Assembly (NCBI GenBank): GCA_018701215.1
Contig: JABIWH010000060.1
Span: 41,715-105,714 of the forward strand
Length of the DNA: 64,000 bases
Source of the DNA: Rhodospirillaceae bacterium
Lineage (GTDB): Bacteria > Pseudomonadota > Alphaproteobacteria > GCA-2731375
Direction of reading: 5' to 3'
Shown: positions 8,656 to 18,597 of the stretch, piece after piece
Layout of the letters: every line of letters begins with the position of its first letter
Numbering within the stretch: the stretch's first letter is position 1
The notes under the pieces: model-generated
What the model saw: only the letters and a program-made list of their open reading frames with translations
Told to the model about the DNA's origin: nothing
Databases searched by the model: none
Made by a program: the position numbers and the translations under genes

Positions 8656-10368
8656 ACCCGGTGCGGACTGAGCCCCGCGCAAGAGTTGCCCGGGCAGTTC
8701 GCCCGTCGCTTCGCCATCACGCATGACTTCCACCCCGGAAACAAAGGTATGGCGGTAACCTTCCGCTTTTTGAATGATCCGCTTGCCGCCCGCCGGCAGG
8801 TCGTAGACCAGTTTGGGGCGCAGCAGGCGCAAGGCCTGGAAATCGATCAAATTCAGATCTGCCTTGTAACCACGCGCGATCACGCCACGGTCCATCAGGC
8901 CATAGGTCCGCGCCGTATCGCGGGTTTGCTTGCGGACCAGAAATTCCAGGGACAGCTTTTCGCCCCGCTTCCGGTCCCGGCCCCAATGGGTCAGCAACGA
9001 GGTCGGGGAAGAGGCATCGCAGATCAATCCCACATGGGCGCCCGCATCGGCCACGCCGCAGACCGTGTTGGGATCCTGCAGCATTTCCTTCACCACTTCG
9101 AGATCGCCGCCGCAGTAATTCTCGAACGGGTGCAGCAACAACGCCTGGCCATCGTCCCGCATCATCAACTCCAGCGCCAGATCGAATGGATCGCGGCCTT
9201 GGGCCCGGGCCCGCGCCGCGATGCTTTGTTCCGGCGCCGGCTCATAATCAACCGCCCCGTCCAGTTCAAATGTCCGGCGTAGCGCGGTTTCCATCATCCG
9301 TACGGTGTCATCGTCGGGCCGTTCCGTGACCAAGCGACGGCGTAGTTCGGCATCATCCCGCAGGCGGTTAAAACGTTCCCGCGGTGATAGGCCGGCCATC
9401 GCCAACCAAAGGGGATGGGAGGTGAAGGGGTGCATGGTGGCTTCCAGGCCCATGAGCACGCCAATCGCCCGGCTGCCCACCTGGGCCGTGACCGCCATGC
9501 CGTCGGCGCAGGCCGCGCCAACCTGATCCAGGGTTTCCCGCCACAGATCGGGCGCCTTGTCGACCTGCACCAGCAGCACGGACAAGGGCCGCCCCGCGAT
9601 CTCGGCCGCCGCGCGCAGGCGGGCGAAGTCGCCTTCGCCAAAGTCTGAATTGACTTCCAATACCCCGGCATTGGCCCGCTTCATGGCCTGGGCCAGGCCG
9701 GTCAGCTCAGCCTCTTCGGCGCCATAGCTGGAGACCAGGCGGCCATCGGCGGCGCGGTGTTTCACCGTGCGCGAGGTGGTGAAGCCCAGGGCGCCTGCCT
9801 TCAACGAGGCTTCCAGCAATTCGCCCATTCTGTCGATTTCCGTTTTCGTTGGCTGTTCGGCGAAATCCGCGCCGCGTGCACCCATGACATAATAGCGCAG
9901 GGCGGCATGGGGCACCTGGGCGCCAATATCCATGATCCGGGGGCTCGATGCCAAAACATCCAAATATTCGGCGAAGCTCTCCCAGCGAAAATCGATACCC
10001 TCGGCCAAAACTGTCTCGGGGATGTCTTCGACCCCCTCCATCAGATTGATCAGATAGGGCTCGGTACCCGGTTTGACCGGGGCAAAACCGACGCTGCAAT
10101 TGCCGAACACCGCCGTGGTCACCCCATGCCACGATGACGGCGTCAAATAAGGATCCCAGGTCGCCTGGCCGTCGTAATGGGTATGAATATCGACCCAGCC
10201 GGGGGTCAGCAGCAGATCTTCGCCATCGATTTCCCGGTTGCCCTGGCCAACGGTTGCGCCATTGGACACGGCTGAAATGACACCATCATCCACGGCCACG
10301 TCGGCCACCTTCCGCCCGGCGCCGGTGCCGTCAATCACCGTCGCGCCGCGAACCACAAGATCATGCAT
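8653..10368 (-). CDS. N-acyl-D-amino-acid deacylase family amidohydrolase
   Basis: PGWVDIHTHYD, HGVTT...GNC, DAGAH, KADLN motifs. Confidence 0.9.
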   Translation of the reverse strand: MHDLVVRGATVIDGTGAGRKVADVAVDDGVISAVSNGATVGQGNREIDGEDLLLTPGWVDIHTHYDGQATWDPYLTPSSWHGVTTAVFGNCSVGFAPVKPGTEPYLINLMEGVEDIPETVLAEGIDFRWESFAEYLDVLASSPRIMDIGAQVPHAALRYYVMGARGADFAEQPTKTEIDRMGELLEASLKAGALGFTTSRTVKHRAADGRLVSSYGAEEAELTGLAQAMKRANAGVLEVNSDFGEGDFARLRAAAEIAGRPLSVLLVQVDKAPDLWRETLDQVGAACADGMAVTAQVGSRAIGVLMGLEATMHPFTSHPLWLAMAGLSPRERFNRLRDDAELRRRLVTERPDDDTVRMMETALRRTFELDGAVDYEPAPEQSIAARARAQGRDPFDLALELMMRDDGQALLLHPFENYCGGDLEVVKEMLQDPNTVCGVADAGAHVGLICDASSPTSLLTHWGRDRKRGEKLSLEFLVRKQTRDTARTYGLMDRGVIARGYKADLNLIDFQALRLLRPKLVYDLPAGGKRIIQKAEGYRHTFVSGVEVMRDGEATGELPGQLLRGAQSAPG

Positions 10369-10450
10369 ACCCTAACTCCCCAAAAGAACGCCGGCGATCA
10401 TAACACCAGCAGAATTTTCAACCCAAAGGCTTTTACCGTATCATTGTGTC

Positions 10451-11242
10451 ATGGCAGCCGAATACAAAATCGTGCGCGAGGCGGGGGCAAATAGTCCCTG
10501 GCTGGTCATGGTGCATGGCATGTCCCAGGACCATCGGGTTTTTTCCGCCCAGGTAGATGCCTTCAGGAAACATCATCCGATCCTGTTGATTGACCTGCCC
10601 GGCCATGGCCTGTCGTCGGATCAGCAGGGACCATTTGGGCATTGGGAAATGGCGGCGCATGTGGCGGCGGCCATGACGGCGGCGGGGAGCACGCCGTGTC
10701 ATTATTGGGCCACTCATACGGGGACTGCCCTGGGCCTGCTTCTGGCCAGCCGGGAACCGGACGATTTTATCTCGCTCATTCTTGAAGGCGCGGTGTTGCC
10801 GGGCCACGGCATGGCCAGCGTGGAGCGGGAATTGCAGCGGGCCCGCGATACGGCGCGCAACGATGGCATGGCGGCGGCCCGTCGGCAATGGTTCGCACAG
10901 GCGGCTTGGTTCGATGTCATGCGCCGCCATCCCGTAGTTTGCCGGGCGACGGAACACGAAGCCATTATTGCCGATTTCAGCGGTGCGCCCTGGCTATATC
11001 AAGGGCCCAGTGGGCAAGCCGTCGCACCTATTGATTGTGAAATCTCGGGCCTTGATCTACCGATGCTGTTCTACAATGGCGAACACGATTTGCCGGATTT
11101 CATTGCCGCTGCCGATCATCTGGAAAACCTGCGCCCAACGGCCCGGCGGTCCGTGATTGCCGAGGCGGGCGGCTTTCCTGCCTGGGAATTTCCCGCAACG
11201 GTCAATCGAGAGGTGGCGGCGTTCCTAACCGCGATAGCCTGA
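10451..11242 (+). CDS. Alpha/beta hydrolase-fold protein with non-canonical catalytic motifs
   Basis: VHG, DLPGHGLS and GEHD are present; the elbow reads ATHTG and the His loop reads AGGFPAWE. Confidence 0.85.
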   Translation: MAAEYKIVREAGANSPWLVMVHGMSQDHRVFSAQVDAFRKHHPILLIDLPGHGLSSDQQGPFGHWEMAAHVAAAMTAAGSTPCHYWATHTGTALGLLLASREPDDFISLILEGAVLPGHGMASVERELQRARDTARNDGMAAARRQWFAQAAWFDVMRRHPVVCRATEHEAIIADFSGAPWLYQGPSGQAVAPIDCEISGLDLPMLFYNGEHDLPDFIAAADHLENLRPTARRSVIAEAGGFPAWEFPATVNREVAAFLTAIA

Positions 11243-11248
11243 TTGGGC

Positions 11249-11668
11249 TCACAACAACATGTAGGTGGAGGTGACATGGGCGATTGGCTTGTCCGGGTCA
11301 CCGGCGGTCAGGTTGACCTCGCCATACATGATGGTGCGCCCTGGTTTGATGATGCGGGCTTCGGCCAACAAATCGACGTTGGCCGCGGGGCGCAGGAAAG
11401 AAGATGTCTGGTTGACCGTGGTAATAGGCCGGAATTCCCCTAAAACACCGGCGATGGCAAATATCATGGCGGTATCCGCCAGGGTCATGATGGCCTGACC
11501 GCAGATGGTTCCGCCTTGCCTGTTCAAACGGGGGGAGAACGGTACCCGCAGCACCGCGCCATCTTCGCCAATGCGCTCGAACGTGATCCCCATGTCCTGG
11601 ATCCAGGGTGCCAGATTACTCTGAAAAAATTCCTCGGCCGCTGCAATTGATAGTTCAGCCTGGCTCAT
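11249..11668 (-). CDS. PaaI-family thioesterase
   Basis: GTICGQAIMTLADT, SFLRPA, IKPGR hot-dog motifs; start placed at MSQAE. Confidence 0.88.
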   Translation of the reverse strand: MSQAELSIAAAEEFFQSNLAPWIQDMGITFERIGEDGAVLRVPFSPRLNRQGGTICGQAIMTLADTAMIFAIAGVLGEFRPITTVNQTSSFLRPAANVDLLAEARIIKPGRTIMYGEVNLTAGDPDKPIAHVTSTYMLL

Positions 11669-11812
11669 ACCTATATTTCTTTCCATGGTGAATAACTTGT
11701 GCCGAACGCGGCGCGGAATGGTCTCAATACAACTGAATATTAACAAAATCGAACTACTTTGCAGTTAATTCGCCATGATTATGACCGGTAAAGGCCGACA
11801 TTCGCGTGACAG

Positions 11813-14686
11813 ATGGTAGTCAGCATTTCAAAATGGGCCCGACGTTGCAGTAGCTATATGCTTGTGGCCGGCTTGACCGCCGCCATCGCAGGCATCCTCT
11901 CGGCATTAACGGACGCCCCGGCGTGGGCAGAAAAATCGCTAGAAAACGGCGGAAAAGAGCGTGCCGTTATCGTTGGCGTGCCGGCCTATTGGCCACCGCA
12001 ATATTCCCTCGACAAAAGTGGCCAGCCGACGGGTTTCGCCATTGATGTGATCGAGGGTATCGCCAGGCGGGCCGGCCTCAAGCTGGACTATCGCGTGTAC
12101 CCCAATTTCCGTGAAGTCGTTAAGGCTTGGGAGCGGCGCGAGATCGATATGATCCCGAACAGCGGCATTACCCCGGCCAGGGAAAAAGATTCTCTTTTCA
12201 CGGTGCCTATTGAAACATTCGTCGTGTCGACGTTTGTGCGCCGCGGCCTGTCCGATATTCCAAGCCCCGCCGAGCTTTCCGGCCGTCGCGTCTCGGTGGT
12301 TTCAAGCAATATCGGCCATTCGCTGCTGAAACGGCGCTCTGACGTCAATATGGTTGTTCATCCCGATGTGGAAAAAGCGCTGTTTGATTTGCTCTCGGGT
12401 GCCTCGGATGCTCTGGTGTTCCCTAAACCGGTCCTTTTGCAGGTCGCCCGATCGATTGGCGTCGAGGGCAAAATCAAGGCCTTGGAACCGCCACTCAAGG
12501 AATTGAAGCGGGCTATTCGGGTGCAAAAACGCGAAACCGTGCTGCACGGGATATTGAACAAGGCGGTCGTCAATTTCAGGAATACGCCGGAATATCTGGC
12601 GATCTACCGAAAATGGTACGGGGCGCCCGTGCCATTCTGGAACGTACCACGATTGCTGGCGATTGGCGGCGGCCTGATCCTGCTTGTGGCGCTTGCCATG
12701 GTCTGGTGGCGCTACCGCTCGATGGTTCAGCTTAATCTTCGGCTCCAGGAGAGCTTGGCCGAACGGGAGCGGGTGGAGGGGGATTTATCGCGGACCCAGG
12801 CCCAGTTGGTGGATGCCATCGAAGCTATTTCCGAAGGTTTCGTTTTGTACGACGCGAACGAGCGGTTGGTCATCTGCAATGACAAATACAAGCAAATGCA
12901 TCCGATCGCCGCGCCCAAAATGGTTCCTGGTGCCAGCTTCACCGAGATTATCCGCTCGGCAATCGAGCATGGTCAGCATCCCGCCGCGATCGGTCGGGAA
13001 GAGGACTGGATTAAGGAACGGCTAATTGAATTTCGCAACCCTGGCGAAACAACAGAGCACCAATTATTTGACGGCCGGTGGCTGCGCTATAGCGAGCACA
13101 GGACCAGGGATGGCGGCACCGTCGGCATTCGCTCCGATATTACGCGGCTGAAGGCAATCGAAGAGGCTTTGGGCGAAAGCGAGGCGCGGTTTCGGGATTT
13201 CGCGACTTCCGCCTCGGACTGGTTCTGGGAAATGGATGAGAAATTGCGCTTTTCCTATTTCTCAGAGCGTTTCGGCGAAGTTACCGGTGTTCTTGAAAGC
13301 AATTTGCTGGGCAAGACCCGCCAGGAAACCGGCATACCGAATGTAGATGAAGAGGCGTGGCGGCAACACCTGGCGGATCTGGATGCGCACCGCCCATTTC
13401 GTAATTTCGTCCATCCACGTACTATTGATAACGGCGAAGTTCTTTGGCTCTCGATCAGCGGCACGCCGGTTTTTGACAACAACGGTGTCTTCGCGGGTTA
13501 CCGCGGTACGGGCTTTGATGTCACTGAAAAACACCGCACGGAATATCTATTGCGCGAGAGCGAGCAGCGCTTCAAGGCTCTTATGGATCATGTGCCAGCA
13601 GCCTTGTTTCTGAAGGACCGCGAGGCCCGATACCTGCTGATCAACAAACAGTTCCAGGAATGGTTCGGGGTCGATCCAGACGATGTGGTTGGCAAGAATG
13701 CGTTTGATTTATACCCACCGGAACGGGCGGAACGGTATGCCGAGGGCGACCGGAAAATTCTTACCGATTGGCGGGTCACCATCGATGAAGTCGTGATCCC
13801 GACGACGGCAGGTGATGAGCGGAATTATACCCTGACCAAATTCCCGATTTTTGATGGCGGGGAACCAATGGGTTTTGGCGGCGTGATGATCGATATTACC
13901 GAACGCACCCGGTCGGAAGCCAATCTGCGGCAGAGCGAAAACCGGGCCGACATGGCCAATCGCGCGAAATCAGAGTTCCTTGCCAATATGAGCCATGAAT
14001 TACGCACGCCATTGAACGCCATCATCGGATTTTCAGAGATCATAAAGAGCGGCTTTCTGGGCAAGGATAGCGAAACCAAGACCCTCGAATATGCCAATGA
14101 CATCTATGTGTCCGGCCTCCATCTGCTTGACCTGATCAATGATATTCTCGACCTCTCGAAAATTGAACTCGGCTCTGAAGAACCGAATGATGTGAACGTC
14201 AATGTGCGCGAACTCGTGGATGCCGTTCTCGTTTTGATGAAGGAACGGGCAAGCACGGCCCGCGTCCATCTGCAGACCGATTTTCACGGCGATGTGCCGT
14301 TGTTGCGCGCCGACGAGCGCAAGTTGAAGCAGATTTTGATCAACCTGATCTCCAACAGCATCAAGTTCACCCATGCCGGCGGCCGGGTTGCTCTTGATGT
14401 TCGTTGTGATCCGAATGGTTCCTATATTTTCGAGGTCAGCGATACGGGCATTGGTATCGCGCCGGAAAATATCGACAAGGCTCTGCAACCGTTCGGGCAG
14501 ATCGATAGTGATCTGAACAGAAAATTCACCGGTACCGGTCTGGGTTTGCCTCTGGCCAGGGAATTGGCGGAAATGCACGGCGGCGCCTTGAGCCTGGAAA
14601 GCACACCTGATGTGGGCACCACGGTCACCGTGCGCTTCCCCGCCGACCGGACAGTCAATCCGTATCCGGACAGTGCCTGTATTTAG
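11813..14686 (+). CDS. Sensor histidine kinase: periplasmic solute-binding domain, TM, three PAS domains, HisKA, HATPase
   Basis: PP.Y...GFAIDV SBP3-like N-terminus; PAS motifs; EFLANMSHELRTPLNAIIGFS H-box; DTGIG and GTGLGL boxes. Confidence 0.93.
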   Translation: MVVSISKWARRCSSYMLVAGLTAAIAGILSALTDAPAWAEKSLENGGKERAVIVGVPAYWPPQYSLDKSGQPTGFAIDVIEGIARRAGLKLDYRVYPNFREVVKAWERREIDMIPNSGITPAREKDSLFTVPIETFVVSTFVRRGLSDIPSPAELSGRRVSVVSSNIGHSLLKRRSDVNMVVHPDVEKALFDLLSGASDALVFPKPVLLQVARSIGVEGKIKALEPPLKELKRAIRVQKRETVLHGILNKAVVNFRNTPEYLAIYRKWYGAPVPFWNVPRLLAIGGGLILLVALAMVWWRYRSMVQLNLRLQESLAERERVEGDLSRTQAQLVDAIEAISEGFVLYDANERLVICNDKYKQMHPIAAPKMVPGASFTEIIRSAIEHGQHPAAIGREEDWIKERLIEFRNPGETTEHQLFDGRWLRYSEHRTRDGGTVGIRSDITRLKAIEEALGESEARFRDFATSASDWFWEMDEKLRFSYFSERFGEVTGVLESNLLGKTRQETGIPNVDEEAWRQHLADLDAHRPFRNFVHPRTIDNGEVLWLSISGTPVFDNNGVFAGYRGTGFDVTEKHRTEYLLRESEQRFKALMDHVPAALFLKDREARYLLINKQFQEWFGVDPDDVVGKNAFDLYPPERAERYAEGDRKILTDWRVTIDEVVIPTTAGDERNYTLTKFPIFDGGEPMGFGGVMIDITERTRSEANLRQSENRADMANRAKSEFLANMSHELRTPLNAIIGFSEIIKSGFLGKDSETKTLEYANDIYVSGLHLLDLINDILDLSKIELGSEEPNDVNVNVRELVDAVLVLMKERASTARVHLQTDFHGDVPLLRADERKLKQILINLISNSIKFTHAGGRVALDVRCDPNGSYIFEVSDTGIGIAPENIDKALQPFGQIDSDLNRKFTGTGLGLPLARELAEMHGGALSLESTPDVGTTVTVRFPADRTVNPYPDSACI

Positions 14687-14726
14687 AATTTTCGTGGCTC
14701 CGGCCCGATAGCCCGGTCGTTCAGTA

Positions 14727-15518
14727 TTACCAGCTGTTGCGAAGTTCCCGCAGTTTCAGGAAGACCTCGCGTGGATCCGGCGCATCGGAGAGGTCGGGGA
14801 AACTTTCCCGCAACTGGGCAATGACGCTGGGGCTGCGCAAACGGAGAAAGGTATTGATCTCCTTCTCCAACGCCAGGGTCGAGACCAGGGCACTGTTGGG
14901 GTCCTGATCGCCGACGTCGTCCAGCAAGGACTTTGCCCGGGCATTGTCCGGTTCGCGGTCCAGGGTGAAAGCCAAATTGCCCGACATGTAGTCATGGCCG
15001 GGATAAATCAGGGTATTGTCGGGCAAATTGGACAGTACGTTGGCGAAGGTATCATAAAGCTCGTTCGGATGGCCGCCGTTGTGGCAATTGCCGGCGCCCG
15101 CATTGAACAGGGTATCGCCGCAGATCAGGGCCGGCTGCTCGGTCCGGGTCAACAGGCAGACGTGGCTCATGGTGTGGCCTGGGGTATCCAGGGCCTCGAT
15201 CTCGACCGAGCTGCCGATCTTGATCACGTCGCCCGCGTCCAGGCCACGGTCCATGCCGGGAATTTTGCCCTTGGCATTCTTATGGGCCAGTAACGTCGCA
15301 CCCGTGGCCGAAATGACCGCGTCATTGCCGCCGGTGTGGTCGCCATGCTCGTGGGTATTCAGGACCTGGCGAATATTCCAGCCCTTGGCCTTGGCCAGGC
15401 CGAGGCATTTTTCATGATCAAGCGGATCGACCGCCATGGCCTCGCCGGTATCGGGGCAGACGATCAGATAGTTGAAGTTGCGGTACGCATTCCCGGTCCA
15501 GATCTGTTCAACGATCAT
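14727..15518 (-). CDS. gloB: Hydroxyacylglutathione hydrolase (glyoxalase II-like, metallo-beta-lactamase fold)
   Basis: THEHGDHTGG, TPGHT, GDTLF, YPGHDY, N.FLR motifs. Confidence 0.8.
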   Translation of the reverse strand: MIVEQIWTGNAYRNFNYLIVCPDTGEAMAVDPLDHEKCLGLAKAKGWNIRQVLNTHEHGDHTGGNDAVISATGATLLAHKNAKGKIPGMDRGLDAGDVIKIGSSVEIEALDTPGHTMSHVCLLTRTEQPALICGDTLFNAGAGNCHNGGHPNELYDTFANVLSNLPDNTLIYPGHDYMSGNLAFTLDREPDNARAKSLLDDVGDQDPNSALVSTLALEKEINTFLRLRSPSVIAQLRESFPDLSDAPDPREVFLKLRELRNSW

Positions 15519-15817
15519 GGCAGCCCTCTTTTCATTAGCTTTTCATTGCTTCGCGGCGATAAGTTTCGAGCATTCTAGCGCCCAATCTTAATCCAGGCAC
15601 ACTCCTATTGATAAACCGCCGGTTTGCCGCGTATCGAGATACGCCACAATAGGCGCTCGGTATCCGTACCATCCGGCGGATCTCCCCATTTGTCGTTGTT
15701 TGCCCGCGCACTTGCCCCCAACGCGGCAATGGCGATAGGTTTGCCAAGGCACCCTGGGTAACACGGTATATCGCACAGGGCGATTTGGCAAAGATTGACA
15801 CGTTCGGAGGTCATCGC

Positions 15818-16807
15818 GTGAGTAATGAAATCCCCATCCTCGATCTGAGTGATTTTCTGGCCGAAAAGCCCGGTGCCCTGGAGGCGGTGGCGAAAGAGTT
15901 GCGGTTCGCCGCCGAGAACATCGGCTTTTTCTTTATTCGCGGCCATGGCGTGTCCCAGAATCTGATCAATGCCACGTTCGAAGCTTCGCGCCAGTTTCAT
16001 GCTTTGGGGGAAGAGGAGAAAATGGCCCTCAAGGCCAATACGCACAACATCGGCTATATGGGCAACGGCGCCTCGATCTCGCGGGCCAGTCAGGTTTACG
16101 ACGGCGAACGCAAAACCAACCTGGTGGCGGCGTTTTTTCTAAAACGTGAATTGCCCGCCGATCATCCAGATATCGTCAACAACAAGCGTTTTCGCGGCGC
16201 CAATCAATGGCCGGCCAACCTGGACGGCTTTCGCGAGACCGCCATCGCCTATATGGATGCGCTGGAGCGGCTGGGCAAAAGCATGCTGCCCATCTATGCC
16301 CGGGCCCTGGATCTGCCCGATGATTTTTTCGCCGAGGCTTTCTCCGAACCGCAATATACCCTGCGCCTGGCCCACTATCCGCCGGCCACGGCGGAGGACA
16401 ACCAGTTTGGTTTGGCGCCGCATACGGATTCTTCGTTTCTGACCCTGCTGGCGCAGAACAAGGTGGAGGGCCTGCAGGTCCGCCGCACCGACGGCACCTG
16501 GATCGACGCGCCGGCGGTGCCCGGCACCTTCGTGGTCAACAGCGGCGATATGCTGCGGCGTTGGAGCAATCACCGCTTTCTCTCGACGCCGCACCGGGCC
16601 GTGGCCTCGGCTCGGAACCGGGACCGCTACGCCATTCCATTCTTCTTTGATGCCCACGCCGATTTCGTGCAGGAATGCCTGCCCACCTGCACCGACGCCG
16701 GCAATCCGCCGCGGTACGAGCCGACCACCTATACGGATTACATGCTGTGGTTCGCCAAGCAGAACTATGCGCACTTCCGCGAAGATGGCGGCGAAGCGGC
16801 GGAATAG
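15818..16807 (+). CDS. Isopenicillin-N-synthase-family 2OG-Fe(II) oxygenase
   Basis: IPILDL, GFFFIRGHG, HYPP, HTD...H..R.A.P motifs; GTG start after GGAGG. Confidence 0.9.
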   Translation: MSNEIPILDLSDFLAEKPGALEAVAKELRFAAENIGFFFIRGHGVSQNLINATFEASRQFHALGEEEKMALKANTHNIGYMGNGASISRASQVYDGERKTNLVAAFFLKRELPADHPDIVNNKRFRGANQWPANLDGFRETAIAYMDALERLGKSMLPIYARALDLPDDFFAEAFSEPQYTLRLAHYPPATAEDNQFGLAPHTDSSFLTLLAQNKVEGLQVRRTDGTWIDAPAVPGTFVVNSGDMLRRWSNHRFLSTPHRAVASARNRDRYAIPFFFDAHADFVQECLPTCTDAGNPPRYEPTTYTDYMLWFAKQNYAHFREDGGEAAE

Positions 16808-16810
16808 GTT

Positions 16811-17653
16811 TTAGACCGCCAGCACCCGGACGCCGGCCTTCAACAGTGTGATCGGCTCCGCCCATTCGCCGATCGGCAGGGTGTGGGAGATCAGGCCCGG
16901 ACCGGCCGGGGTCGCATCCGGCAACCACAGATGTACCGCGATGGCGGGCGGTTCATGGGAAATATTCAACAACCGCTCCGGCCCCATATCCAGGCCAAAG
17001 GGATAACAGGTGGTGGGGCCTGAAATGGCGATGCTGCCGCCGTATTCCGCCGTGATGGCGCGGTGTACATGCCCGGCCAGGATCCGTACCACCTGGCCAT
17101 GGCCGCGTAACAATTCGTCAAGCTCCCCGCCGCCACGCACCAGGCCCTTGGCGGAACTTCCCGTCATGCCGGAATAAAAGGGCGGGTGATGCAGTGCCAC
17201 GACGGTGGGACGGTCCGGCGCCTCGGACAAGCGCGCCTCCAGCCAGGCCAGCCGTTCCGGACACATCTCGCCCGGCGTCTCGCCGGCGACGACGGAGTCG
17301 CAGCAAATGATCCGCACCGGGTGGTCTTCGATCACATAATGCAGAAAGTCGCCGGTTGTTGGTAACGACGATGTACCGCCGAAGACTTGACGCAGCGCAT
17401 TGCGTTCATCGTGGTTGCCCGGAATGACCGCCAGCGGCACGTTCAGCGCGCCAACGATTTCCTTGAACGCCTGATAGCGCGGGACGCTGCCATGGGAGGC
17501 GATATCGCCGGTGTGCAACACCAGATCGGGGCCTGGATCCATGGCGTTGATGACGTCGACCGCCCTGGCGAGTGCCCGCGAGGTATCGAAATGGCCATAG
17601 ACGAGCGCCCCCGGCTCGTCGATATGGGTGTCGGAAATCTGCACTAAAATCAT
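16811..17653 (-). CDS. CpdA/GpdQ-like metallophosphoesterase
   Basis: QISDTH, TGD, PGNHD, HHPP, GHVH motifs. Confidence 0.9.
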   Translation of the reverse strand: MILVQISDTHIDEPGALVYGHFDTSRALARAVDVINAMDPGPDLVLHTGDIASHGSVPRYQAFKEIVGALNVPLAVIPGNHDERNALRQVFGGTSSLPTTGDFLHYVIEDHPVRIICCDSVVAGETPGEMCPERLAWLEARLSEAPDRPTVVALHHPPFYSGMTGSSAKGLVRGGGELDELLRGHGQVVRILAGHVHRAITAEYGGSIAISGPTTCYPFGLDMGPERLLNISHEPPAIAVHLWLPDATPAGPGLISHTLPIGEWAEPITLLKAGVRVLAV

Positions 17654-18573
17654 AGCTGGAAATTCCTGTCTGGTTGGAAACGCAGGTCGGTGAATTCCTC
17701 GGCCAGGCGGGGCCGTGGGATACCGCCGAATTCATGCAGCATGTCCAGGGAGCATTGCAGTCCCGGCATGTCGATCTGACAGTCCAGTTGGTAGTGGGCT
17801 AACTCGCGCACCATTGCCCGGCGCGCCACCGCCGGGGTGGTGCCGTAAAGCCGCGCCACGAAGACCGCGAATGCGTCGATGTTTTGGGCCGCATGGTGGG
17901 CCGCCCGTTGGCAGCCGCGCAAAACGGCGGCGACCAATTCAGGCTCCTCGGCGATAAAGCCGGCGTGGGCCACGCGAACGATCCATTGATAGTTCGGCAG
18001 ATAGGCGTCTTCATAGGCGGCGGCCCAAATGTCCAGAACGCCCCGGTCCTCGCCAATGGACAGGTTAGGTTCCGTTGCCAGGCAGGCGTCTATACCGCCC
18101 TCTTCCATGATGTCGATAATGCGCGGATAGTCGTCCAGCAATGGCACCGAGGTGATATCCGCATCCGGGTCCAGGCCATGGTGGATCAGCATCCGGCGCG
18201 CGATCCACGAGGGGCAGCTGCCAATGCTCAACAGGCCAAGCCGCCTGCCGCGCAGTGCCTGATAGTTGCCGATACCGCCATCGATGTCTTTCCGAACGCC
18301 CAGATACATATGCGCCCGCTGCCGGCAGCCGCTGGCGATGATCTGAAAATTTCCGCCCGCCGCCATGGCGTTCAACCCGGATGGCGAGCCGATGCTGCCG
18401 ATGGCAAGATCGCCGGTGCTAAAGGCCTCGGCCAGCTCGGGCCCGCCGAATACGATGCGCACGCTCAGGTCCAAACCCTCGGCTTCGAAGATGCCCGCCT
18501 CGATCCCGAACCTGACCGTCAGGGCATCATTTCCTGACGGCACCCCGTATTCGAGCTTTCTCAATCCGGCCAT
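17650..18573 (-). CDS. NMT1/THI5/SsuA-like solute-binding-fold protein without an obvious signal peptide
   Basis: GIFEAEGLDL, LRGRRLG, GLDP..D and G.IDA patterns. Confidence 0.75.
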   Translation of the reverse strand: MAGLRKLEYGVPSGNDALTVRFGIEAGIFEAEGLDLSVRIVFGGPELAEAFSTGDLAIGSIGSPSGLNAMAAGGNFQIIASGCRQRAHMYLGVRKDIDGGIGNYQALRGRRLGLLSIGSCPSWIARRMLIHHGLDPDADITSVPLLDDYPRIIDIMEEGGIDACLATEPNLSIGEDRGVLDIWAAAYEDAYLPNYQWIVRVAHAGFIAEEPELVAAVLRGCQRAAHHAAQNIDAFAVFVARLYGTTPAVARRAMVRELAHYQLDCQIDMPGLQCSLDMLHEFGGIPRPRLAEEFTDLRFQPDRNFQL

Positions 18574-18597
18574 CGTGGGGCAACTCCCTTACAGAAT

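Noticed and set aside
15519-15817. 299-bp divergent intergenic region as a possible ncRNA
   Set aside because: I found no recognisable RNA family signature or strong terminator; it is treated as promoter DNA.
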